DNA of 28,446 nucleotides from a virus (Duplodnaviria; Heunggongvirae; Uroviricota; Caudoviricetes): IMG/VR virus record IMGVR_UViG_2622736468_000007; one strand, 5' to 3'. Shown piece by piece: positions 20,757 to 28,446 of this stretch (position 1 is its first letter; each line of letters starts with the position of its first letter). The notes under the pieces were generated by a model. It saw only the letters and a program-made list of their open reading frames with translations, ran no database searches and was not told where the DNA came from. The position numbers and the translations under genes were made by a program.

Positions 20757-20998
20757 TGAACGGTACCCTGGCGACGCGCCTTACGCGTTAACCAGCCTTC
20801 TGCTTCCAGCCGTGCGATAGCCGTTCTGACGGTACTCATCCCCGCGCCAATCTGACGGGCAATGGTTTCAATTGATGGCCAGCACACACCTTCGTCATTA
20901 CTGAAATCAGCCAGGCGGGCCATAATTGCCACGCTGGATAACTTCATGCCTGATGCAGCGCAACCATCCCATACATAGCCGGTTAATTTAGTGCTCAT
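20753..20998 (-). CDS. winged-helix DNA-binding protein
   Basis: 81 aa; SIETIARQIGAGMSTVRTAIARLEAEGWL HTH. Confidence 0.5.
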   Translation of the reverse strand: MSTKLTGYVWDGCAASGMKLSSVAIMARLADFSNDEGVCWPSIETIARQIGAGMSTVRTAIARLEAEGWLTRKARRQGTVQ

Positions 20999-21007
20999 GA
21001 CCGACCT

Positions 21008-21346
21008 CTATTTCCCTGAATTTACGACGAAACTGTTCGAGCGGACTGAAGCATTCATGCTCATAACCTTCGCTGAGGTAGATAACCCGTTGTGTTTCCG
21101 GCTCCCAACGAATGACTCTGACGGGCACTCCGTAGTGATCTTTGAACCAGCGGTTAACTTGTCGCAAAGGACTGTCTCCTTCTGCCGGTTGAAATCACCC
21201 ACAGCCCACTCTGCAAAGCTGTGGGTTACAATTTCCCTGTCACCTAGTACATTCACTGCATAGCAATATTCCACCTTCGCTTTTCCACCCGGTACAGGAA
21301 GCGCAATCAGTTGCGAGCGACGGTAGTGTGTTGTTAAACTGTTCAT
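21008..21346 (-). CDS. hypothetical protein
   Basis: 112 aa; 4-bp overlaps with neighbours on both sides (operon-like coupling); no motif recognised. Confidence 0.5.
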   Translation of the reverse strand: MNSLTTHYRRSQLIALPVPGGKAKVEYCYAVNVLGDREIVTHSFAEWAVGDFNRQKETVLCDKLTAGSKITTECPSESFVGSRKHNGLSTSAKVMSMNASVRSNSFVVNSGK

Positions 21347-21912
21347 GCGTTAGTTTCTCCACAACCAGAAGCAATCGACGCCACGACGCCCGGAGCTGCA
21401 CACTCGCGGGCGTCATTACTTTCTGAAATGCAAAAAATTTTGTAGACAAGTGCTGCATGCTCCTGCAGCTTCGAAATTGAGAGATACAGCTCGTCGTTAA
21501 TTGCTGTCTTCTCATGCGGTTCCACTACACCGTCTTCGATTGCTGAACGAATCTGTTTTGAATAACTGCCGATCTGTTCAATGACTTCCAGCAGACGCTG
21601 GTTAATATCGGCGTTGTCCACATCCTCGACGTCAGGAAGAGACACAAAGACGCCATTTGCAGACTGCGCCACAGCATCAGCAATGAAGTGAGTGCCACCA
21701 GCACGCTGTAAAACCATTGCCCATCCCAGCGGGAAAATCTGATCGCCATCTGCACGAAGGCGGTTGAATAAAGCGTTTTCTGTTACATCGAGCCAGTCAG
21801 CCGCTTCAGCGTAACCACCCGGCAACGCCGCGATAGTTTTTCTGACAGCTTTCACGTACCACTCAGGCTGTTTTTCTATTTTCCAGTGATGCTTACCCAC
21901 GATTAGCCTCAT
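21343..21912 (-). CDS. early regulatory protein, CII/YdaT-like (tentative)
   Basis: 189 aa immediately downstream of the cro-like gene; family assignment from memory only. Confidence 0.4.
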   Translation of the reverse strand: MRLIVGKHHWKIEKQPEWYVKAVRKTIAALPGGYAEAADWLDVTENALFNRLRADGDQIFPLGWAMVLQRAGGTHFIADAVAQSANGVFVSLPDVEDVDNADINQRLLEVIEQIGSYSKQIRSAIEDGVVEPHEKTAINDELYLSISKLQEHAALVYKIFCISESNDARECAAPGVVASIASGCGETNA

Positions 21913-21943
21913 CGTTCTGTGGTTAAAAATTGAAAGTGTTCTG

Positions 21944-22144
21944 CTAATCTTTCGGATAGATATCCGGTCTTAAGTCAGATTTCGTAATTGCACCTGACGT
22001 GCATTGCTCAAGTTTTTTAGCCAGCACAAAACTGGCTTTTTTATAGCCATTGAAAACCAGCCGTAAGTAGCCAGGTGTTGAGCCAACTTTTCCGGCCAAC
22101 TCGCCCTGCTGTTCTTTGGTTAAAGAGTCCCAATACGCTTTCAT
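21944..22144 (-). CDS. Cro/YdaS-like HTH regulator
   Basis: Start MKAYWDSLTKEQQGELAGKVG... with GGAGG about 10 nt upstream; ends ...LRPDIYPKD typical of YdaS/Cro-like proteins; the longer ORF-track extension lacks an RBS. Confidence 0.65.
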   Translation of the reverse strand: MKAYWDSLTKEQQGELAGKVGSTPGYLRLVFNGYKKASFVLAKKLEQCTSGAITKSDLRPDIYPKD

Positions 22145-22234
22145 ACAATATGTACCTCCGGTGTACATATTACATGATTGAAATGAACCTTCAAGATACT
22201 TGTACCTTAACGGTACAAGGGTTTTAATTTCGTT
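22145..22234. promoter_or_regulatory. divergent cro/cI promoter-operator region with two TGTAC-N7-GTACA palindromes
   Basis: AATATGTAC-N7-GTACATATT (22147-22171) overlapping a minus-strand TTGAAG-N16-TAATAT promoter; CTTGTACC-N5-GGTACAAG (22199-22219) overlapping a plus-strand -35-like TTGTAC. Confidence 0.55.
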
Positions 22235-22909
22235 ATGAAAACAATCCATGACATCCGGCGGTCTAACGCCAGAAAACTGAGAGATGGTGTTGGCGGGAAT
22301 TCTTCCTTTGCCACTATGATTGATCGCGAGCCAACCCAGACCAGCAGGTTTATGGGAGATGGTGCTACTAAAAATATCGGTGACAGCATGGCACGACACA
22401 TCGAAAAATGTTTCGACCTGCCTGTCGGATGGCTCGATCAAGAACACCAGACAACGAACATCACAAAAAAACCTGATGTTTCAATCACTAATAAACAAAT
22501 CACATTAGTCCCTGTCATATCATGGGTACAGGCCGGAGCATGGAAAGAAGTTGGATATTCTGAGGTTGATTTGAGCACAGCAGAAACGTATCCCTGCCCT
22601 GTACCCTGTGGGGAAATGACTTATATCTTGCGGGTGATAGGTGATTCAATGATTGATGAGTACCGCCCGGGAGACATGATTTTTGTCGATCCTGAAGTAC
22701 CTGCCTGCCACGGTGACGACGTTATTGCATTGATGCACGATACAGGTGAAACCACCTTCAAAAGGTTGATAGAAGATGGGACACAGCGTTATCTCAAAGC
22801 GTTAAACCCAAACTGGCCTGAGCCTTACATTAAGATCAACGGTAATTGCTCTATAATTGGTACAGTGATTTTCTCAGGAAAACCAAGAAGATACAAAATC
22901 AAAGCCTAA
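22235..22909 (+). CDS. CI-like repressor with C-terminal S24 (LexA-type) peptidase domain
   Basis: 224 aa; VIGDSM...FKRL serine/lysine dyad context; N-terminal HTH-like region. Confidence 0.8.
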   Translation: MKTIHDIRRSNARKLRDGVGGNSSFATMIDREPTQTSRFMGDGATKNIGDSMARHIEKCFDLPVGWLDQEHQTTNITKKPDVSITNKQITLVPVISWVQAGAWKEVGYSEVDLSTAETYPCPVPCGEMTYILRVIGDSMIDEYRPGDMIFVDPEVPACHGDDVIALMHDTGETTFKRLIEDGTQRYLKALNPNWPEPYIKINGNCSIIGTVIFSGKPRRYKIKA

Positions 22910-22921
22910 TCAATGTTTATG

Positions 22922-22946
22922 AACCTGCTTCGGCAGGTTTTTTTAT
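22922..22946 (+). terminator. intrinsic terminator after the repressor gene
   Basis: AACCTGC-TTCG-GCAGGTT followed by T7. Confidence 0.6.
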
Positions 22947-22948
22947 AC

Positions 22949-22976
22949 TTGACAATGTACCCCTGAGATACATAAT
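22949..22976 (+). promoter_or_regulatory. candidate strong sigma70 promoter (pL-like) flanked by TGTACC motifs
   Basis: TTGACA-N16-CATAAT; ATGTACCC occurs in the spacer and again just downstream. Confidence 0.4.
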
Positions 22977-23316
22977 GTACCCAAGCGAAACAACGAACAG
23001 GCAAGACGCCCACGAAGTAGCCGCCTGGGGCATATGAAGTCCAGGATGATTCGTTAGCAACAAAAAAGCGCCCTATAGGACGCTTCGCTCTTTAACAATC
23101 TGGAGATCCCCAACACTTAACGGGATTTTGGCTTCGGTTCTGGCGGTGAAGGACGAGGTTTTAAGGGTATATGATCCTCTTTCCATGTATATATAAATAC
23201 ATTCATTTAGTCATCTCAATATAGAATCCATTATTAATTCATACTCATAAAGCCTGTGTGACTTTGGTGATGGTGGTCTGGGCTTTGGAGGTACATGGTT
23301 AGGGATTATGGGAATT

Positions 23317-23796
23317 CTATTTGTCATTATTACACCTTTTTGACCGAGGCAAATCTCCAGCAAACCATGCGATAACGCTATGCATGAATGATATTTCTGA
23401 CTCATCAACACGTCCCAGCGCAATACAGGTCCGTTTGAACGCAGCATCTTGTAAAGATCTCCATGGATTACTATCAGCGTCTTGAACCTTTAAAAACCGA
23501 GTGCGTAGTTCGTCATCAGAAAGGGAGGAAAACTCAACAATCAACCTTTTATACTGTCGCATCTGTTCCTTTGATAAGCCAGCTTCCTGCCCAAATTGGT
23601 ATACCAATTGAAGCACCGACAAAATAGCTACAGATGCGCCAAAAATAAACATATTGCTATATGGCGCAAAAACAGAAAAGCCCAAGACAATGAGAACAAG
23701 AGTTATGCTCTTGTCTATCCGATTTAAAAGGGTGTAATTCATTTTCTCAAGAAAGAAAGAATAATGAATATCGAATGCTAGATCGTCTCGAGTCAT
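23317..23796 (-). CDS. small membrane protein with two adjacent TM helices and ~90-aa cytoplasmic tail (function unknown)
   Basis: 159 aa; RBS AAGGGAA; TM segments within ITLVLIVLGFSVFAPYSNMFIFGASVAILSVLQLVYQF. Confidence 0.75.
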   Translation of the reverse strand: MTRDDLAFDIHYSFFLEKMNYTLLNRIDKSITLVLIVLGFSVFAPYSNMFIFGASVAILSVLQLVYQFGQEAGLSKEQMRQYKRLIVEFSSLSDDELRTRFLKVQDADSNPWRSLQDAAFKRTCIALGRVDESEISFMHSVIAWFAGDLPRSKRCNNDK

Positions 23797-24176
23797 CTCT
23801 ATTCCCTTACATTTCAGGTTTCGGCTCAGGGATCGGTGCTGGTCTCTGATTTACCGGAACATGAAATTTTTCATTGCTATCTACGTACATATTTCCTTCC
23901 TACCTGTTGTTGGGATATCCAGATTATACCGAATCCTTGTTGTTGGGGAATAACCAGGTCCACCTCGCCTGATGTGGCTAAAAGCAGGCACATAACAGCT
24001 AAGTATTTTCAACCAGAGAGAATCCTTAGCGTTGTGGTGAATGCGGCTCAGCGCACGCGGGTTAAGGTTGAGGCTGACAGTCGACCTTCTGTGGATACCC
24101 ACCCGTCTGGTGTACAACCTTCGCCAGGCACCGGGAGGCACCCGGCACCACAACTTTATGCTGTGTGTAGTCTTGG

Positions 24177-24222
24177 CGGTACCAGCTTGTACCCTTGCTT
24201 CCGGCTGGTACCGTCCTTTTTA
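24177..24222 (+). terminator. terminator-like hairpin inside GC-rich non-coding region
   Basis: 10-bp perfect stem CGGTACCAGC/GCTGGTACCG, 17-nt loop, then CCTTTTT. Confidence 0.4.
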
Positions 24223-24434
24223 CAAAACAGAGAAGAGCATCATCGGACGACGGGCTCATAACCCAATCCATCCGGGCGGCTGCCACCGCAGGTGTTCTTC
24301 TCTGTTTTGTGGAGAAACTAACCGCCCCTGCGGGGCATTTATTGAAACGTAATTGACTCAATAATCGCCGGATGGAGAGGGCTTCCTTTTACCAAAATTC
24401 AGCGCGGTGCAGCGCATTTAAAGTGGAGAACGAA

Positions 24435-24971
24435 ATGTCATTTATTAAAACTTTTTCCGGGAAGCATTTTTATTATGACAAGATAAATAAAAATGACATC
24501 GTTATTAACGATATCGCGGTTTCCCTTTCAAATATCTGTCGCTTTGCTGGTCATCTTTCACACTTCTACAGCGTTGCCCAACATGCGGTGCTTTGCAGCC
24601 AGCTGGTACCACAGGAATTTGCTTTTGAAGCGTTAATGCATGATGCAACAGAAGCGTATTGTCAAGACATCCCCGCGCCACTGAAACGCCTTCTTCCTGA
24701 CTATAAACGGATGGAAGAAAAAATAGACGCCGTAATCCGTGAGAAATACGGGTTACCCCCGGTTATGAGCACGCCTGTGAAATATGCCGATCTCATCATG
24801 CTCGCAACCGAACGCCGTGATCTCGGGCTTGATAATGGCTCTTTCTGGCCTGTACTGGAAGGTATCCCGGCAACAGAGATGTTCAAAGTTATTCCACAGT
24901 CGCCAGGCCATGCCTACGGGATGTTTATGGAACGCTTTAACGAGTTATCGGAGTTACGCAAATGCGCATGA
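24435..24971 (+). CDS. yfdR: HD-domain phosphohydrolase, YfdR/YfbR-like 5'-deoxynucleotidase
   Basis: Start MSFIKTFSGKHFYY... with GGAGAACGAA RBS; H...HD...D motif (SVAQHAV...ALMHDATEAYCQDIPAP). Confidence 0.75.
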   Translation: MSFIKTFSGKHFYYDKINKNDIVINDIAVSLSNICRFAGHLSHFYSVAQHAVLCSQLVPQEFAFEALMHDATEAYCQDIPAPLKRLLPDYKRMEEKIDAVIREKYGLPPVMSTPVKYADLIMLATERRDLGLDNGSFWPVLEGIPATEMFKVIPQSPGHAYGMFMERFNELSELRKCA

Positions 24972-25005
24972 GTCTTTCAACTGCACAACCATTGGAGGGG
25001 TAGCA

Positions 25006-25200
25006 ATGAACAACTTAATGACAACTAAACAGGTCGCCGACTTCTGTGGTGTTTCAATATCAACAGTGCTTCGCTGGAACAGCATAAACCATAGAACAGG
25101 TAAGAAATATAGACCAGACTTTCCTGATCCTGATATAAAATCCTGTCCCAATAAATGGGCATCACACAAGATTTATAGGTTTGCGGGTATTATCGAATAA
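25006..25200 (+). CDS. AlpA-family phage regulatory protein / excisionase-like HTH
   Basis: 64 aa from ATG at 25006 (GGAGGGG RBS); TTKQVADFCGVSISTVLRW...FPDP pattern. Confidence 0.65.
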   Translation: MNNLMTTKQVADFCGVSISTVLRWNSINHRTGKKYRPDFPDPDIKSCPNKWASHKIYRFAGIIE

Positions 25201-25931
25201 CATTTATTTGTTTCGATGTTAGCTGACACATCTATGGCACAGAGCAAAACCGAATATGATTGCCCACTCTGTGCTAGTAGAAAACATAGATATCAACTAT
25301 CCGTACCAATCTGTGAGTATAGAATAAATTAATCTGCTCGCAACTAATAGCCTCTAACAGCCAATACAGTGCCACCGATGATACAAAAAACAATACTCCA
25401 AAAAGCGTCTGGTATTGGATTGTCATTACTAGCTTCCGAGGTGAGATATGCATTAAGCCAGGTGCGCTGGAAAAGTTATGTTTCCCTAATGGAATTGCCC
25501 ATGACTCAACATATTTTTTCTCTGTTGCTAGCGAATAGACCTAAAATGATAAGCACCATTAACATCAACAGCGCCCCTTGAGCTCTTCTTTTCGGTGAAA
25601 AGCCCATCATCAACGGCGCATTGCCTAACCCGAATTCTAGCCACCTTAGCCAGTATTTACCCCCTAGATACCAAATGCTTACCCCTCTATTTGCTCTGAT
25701 AATACTTTATTGCATAATCCCTCACTACATTAGACACTGCGTCAATCCTGCCTTCTATAGCTTGTTTTAACGCTTTCGGCACATTCCTCTGAACCAGCCC
25801 AAGATATGGCTGTTAAATTTTTACTTACATTCAAAAAAACTTTAACTTTTGCAATCAGATCATATGATGTTGTTAATGGTAATATTCTGAATCTAAAATG
25901 ACTTAAGAGTTCGTAGGTTAGAGGGACATGT

Positions 25932-26951
25932 ATGACTTCTGAAAGCAACAGAATTGGGAAGATGGGTGTAAACTACATAGAAGGTGTATTGACAAGATGG
26001 GGATGGGGATATCAATCAATTTCGCAAGAAAATGATGATGGGTTTGATGGCTTAATATATATAAGATCTAAACGATTTGAGGCGAAAGATAAAGAAAACC
26101 GGAGTAAACAATCTTGGGAGTTCACTGGTGGGTTGATTCATGTACAAGTAAAAAGTGGAGATACATACATTAGTAGTCGTAATAAAGATGAAATAAGGAT
26201 CAAAATAAAAAACCTCAATGAAAAGAAGAAAATATGGTCTAGATCGTCTATTCCATGCATACTTGTATTTGTTTTTTGGGATCATAATGAAGTTGAGTAT
26301 TCCTACTGGGCTGATCTTAAATCTGAATTAACTTATTGTGATAACAGTAGTACGCTAATAAAAATCCCCTTAAAAAATAGATTTATGAGATCCCAAGAGT
26401 GTAAGGGGCCTTTAAGACGACTTGCAAGGGTATCGGCCAACTATGCAGATAAGCCGCTGATAGATTTATCAAAATTTGACTCATTAAGTGGTAAGCTACC
26501 TACAAGTCTAAACAGTAACCTAAATTGTTCTTTGAAAAAGAAAGGTATTGAATTCTATCAGAAATGGCGATTAATTGGGGCTACAAACCCTTATTTTGGT
26601 CCTGTTCTAATAAACAGAACTGGTTGGAGTCATATAACTCGACGAAATCGCCCAATAGCAAGAATTGAAGCAAGCTTTAATTTGTTACCTTTAGCAGCAA
26701 GAATTATAAATGATGTATCTACATGGCGAATGTTAACACCCGTACGACGGTATGATAATAGAAAGGATGGTTATGTTTGCTTTATAGATTTCGTTGGGTT
26801 AACAGCCAAAGTGAATTTAAAGAATCGCAACTCATCAGAAGTTATGGTTGTGTTAAAAAGGGAGAGGAGGTATAAACAGGGTGAAGACTGTTCCTCTGCG
26901 AAAACAAGATTATGGTTTTACACTGTTTATGAACCTGGAAGAGGAAAATAA
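25932..26951 (+). CDS. AT-rich 339-aa ORF with N-terminal PD-(D/E)xK-like (DUF4365-like) nuclease-fold motifs; candidate defence protein
   Basis: RBS GAGGG; motif spacing G-x2-G...E...GW...DDGFDG...HVQVKSG...PCILVFV...YWADL; many AGA/AGG/ATA codons. Confidence 0.55.
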   Translation: MTSESNRIGKMGVNYIEGVLTRWGWGYQSISQENDDGFDGLIYIRSKRFEAKDKENRSKQSWEFTGGLIHVQVKSGDTYISSRNKDEIRIKIKNLNEKKKIWSRSSIPCILVFVFWDHNEVEYSYWADLKSELTYCDNSSTLIKIPLKNRFMRSQECKGPLRRLARVSANYADKPLIDLSKFDSLSGKLPTSLNSNLNCSLKKKGIEFYQKWRLIGATNPYFGPVLINRTGWSHITRRNRPIARIEASFNLLPLAARIINDVSTWRMLTPVRRYDNRKDGYVCFIDFVGLTAKVNLKNRNSSEVMVVLKRERRYKQGEDCSSAKTRLWFYTVYEPGRGK

Positions 26952-27222
26952 ATTGAGGCGGTACAATCGCGCTCAGGCTGTCCCAGACGTGATGCATAAC
27001 ACCACCGGTTCCAGAATTTAAGGATCTGGACCTTCAATTATGCGTGTACCGCCTTATGCAACAATACTATAAAATTATTAAACGTCAAGATGTTCAATAA
27101 GATTTGGGCTTTCATGCCACAACACGAAAGTTCATTTTATAACGTCTAAAGCTTTCACAATGTCCGCTTTTCGCAGCTCAAAGCGGACAGTCATATTTGA
27201 TTGTATTCTGGCTACTGGAGCC

Positions 27223-28446
27223 TCAGTTAGAGTCTGAGATAGTACAAGTAATGATCGATTCAACTCTCTCCCACCATGCCTGGTAGGCTTTACGCTGTTC
27301 TTCTAGATAATCGCTCTTATCATAAACTTGCCATACCCCTGGCAGTTTATGGCCGAGCATTATTTCTGCAATATGAGGCGCAGTAAGATCAGAAAAGTTT
27401 GTTCGTGCTGTTCGCCTCAAATCATGAAGAGACCAATGAGGGAATTGATACCCCAAACGCCGCCATGCGTACTGCATTAAATTGTAAGGCAGCGACTGCA
27501 ATGATGTTCGTCCAACGGGTTCCCTGCTTCCTTCCTTAGTAAAAAGCATATCGGAACCATTGTTCATAGAGATAACGTACTTTATAAGCTCTTCAACCGG
27601 TTCAATAATGGGGCGCTTTAGCGGTTCGCCTGTTATATCCCCTGTCTTATGTCGTTCTGGCGGTACAGTCCATACCTTATTAATGAAATCAAAATCATCC
27701 ACCCTAGCGGTAATTAGCTCTGAACTACGGCAGCCAAAATGCAGCAATAGTTTAATGAAGGCCCGGTATTTAGGAACCATTCGAGAACCATCGATCGCAG
27801 CATAAAGGATTTTAATTTCATCATGTGTCAGAAACCGTTTCTTCTGACCTTTACGGATATCCATATCTTTACCCGTGATATCCGACAGCGGGCGGGTTTC
27901 AATGAGCTTTCTCTTATAGGCCCAGACATGGGCCTGCTTTGCGTTAATTAGCAATCGGTCTGCTATTGCTGGAGTCTTAGTGCTAAGAGGCTCTAGGACG
28001 TCTAACCAATCATGCAATGTAGCTGCATCGTGAGGGATACTCCCGATTTTAGAGAACAGGTGCAGCTCAAACGAGCGGAGTATCTGTTCAGAACCTTTTT
28101 TATTTTTTACACAATATGCTTCATACCAGGCACGGATCACAGACTCTACCGTCATGGCTTCAGTAGCTTTTCGTTTTTCAGCCTGCTTGACCAATCGTGG
28201 ATTACGGTTTGACTCGAGTTCACCACGAAGACGGAGAACTTCTTCTCTGGCCTCTTTTAATCCAGTTGCCGGGTAAGTTCCGATATCAAGACGCTCACCT
28301 TTCCCTGCCCATTGATAACGATATTGGAACACTACGCGACCTTTCGGTGATACTCTGACAGACAGACCATCACGATCGGATTTAACCAAAACCTTATCAC
28401 GTTCCTTTCCAACGACTGAACGCAACCACGCATCAGACAGCGCCAT
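27223..28446 (-). CDS. int: tyrosine recombinase / integrase (P4-type family)
   Basis: 407 aa; start codon is the last three bases of the window; catalytic R (FGCRSSEL), HDLRRT, HIAEIMLGH and Y (DKSDYLEE). Confidence 0.9.
   Translation of the reverse strand: MALSDAWLRSVVGKERDKVLVKSDRDGLSVRVSPKGRVVFQYRYQWAGKGERLDIGTYPATGLKEAREEVLRLRGELESNRNPRLVKQAEKRKATEAMTVESVIRAWYEAYCVKNKKGSEQILRSFELHLFSKIGSIPHDAATLHDWLDVLEPLSTKTPAIADRLLINAKQAHVWAYKRKLIETRPLSDITGKDMDIRKGQKKRFLTHDEIKILYAAIDGSRMVPKYRAFIKLLLHFGCRSSELITARVDDFDFINKVWTVPPERHKTGDITGEPLKRPIIEPVEELIKYVISMNNGSDMLFTKEGSREPVGRTSLQSLPYNLMQYAWRRLGYQFPHWSLHDLRRTARTNFSDLTAPHIAEIMLGHKLPGVWQVYDKSDYLEEQRKAYQAWWERVESIITCTISDSN

Noticed and set aside
20991-21263. 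90-aa plus-strand ORF
   Set aside because: It is antisense to the 112-aa minus-strand ORF, which is translationally coupled by 4-bp overlaps to both neighbours in a minus-strand operon; the plus ORF has no RBS or partners.
22145-22447. 101-codon upstream extension of the cro-like ORF
   Set aside because: No RBS, and it overlaps the divergent promoter/operator region and the cI start; the ATG at 22144 has a GGAGG RBS and gives a Cro-sized product.
23836-24361. ORFs 23836..24261(+), 24041..24352(+), 23881..24153(-), 24062..24361(-) as protein-coding genes
   Set aside because: Four mutually overlapping frames cannot all be coding; no RBS, and the Cys/Trp/Pro/Arg-rich products are not protein-like. 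The region is treated as non-coding (see finding).
24372-24434. 21-codon N-terminal extension of the HD-domain ORF
   Set aside because: The RBS GGAGAACGAA sits immediately upstream of the internal ATG at 24435, and the extension overlaps the upstream hairpin.
24784-25005. 74-codon upstream extension of the AlpA-like ORF overlapping the HD-domain gene
   Set aside because: It is in an alternative frame of the yfdR-like gene; the strong RBS GGAGGGG precedes the ATG at 25006, giving the expected ~64-aa AlpA size.

Overview
This window reads as a decayed, IS-riddled lambdoid (Qin-like) prophage of an Escherichia/Shigella-type genome, with an integrase-proximal accessory island at the right end. 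On the minus strand (right to left) the order is cro-like -> CII-like -> winged-helix ORFs -> RusA -> KilA-N -> DUF968/HNH -> antiterminator Q -> pR'/tR' -> pinholin -> SAR endolysin -> Rz/Rz1 -> cos -> terminase small/large -> W-like -> V-like -> stf remnant -> tfa, with a CI-like repressor and a Pin-type invertase on the plus strand. Cold-shock genes (cspI, cspB, cspF-like) and gnsB-like sit as morons in the late region. Three IS elements have intact target-site duplications: an IS629-like IS3-family element inside the small terminase gene (CGAC), IS1 inside the gene between holin and endolysin (9 bp), and an IS66-family composite with a 582-bp inverted terminal duplication (8 bp). Portal, capsid and most tail genes are missing, so the prophage is defective. 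The right ~5.5 kb (cI end to integrase) carries a 2-TM membrane protein, a GC-rich ORF-free stretch, an HD-domain nucleotidase (YfdR-like), an AlpA-type regulator and an AT-rich, rare-codon 339-aa ORF with a nuclease-like N-terminus next to a tyrosine integrase. That last ORF is my best candidate for an undescribed defence gene. All calls are from reading the sequence and ORF track and from remembered protein families; no searches were run.
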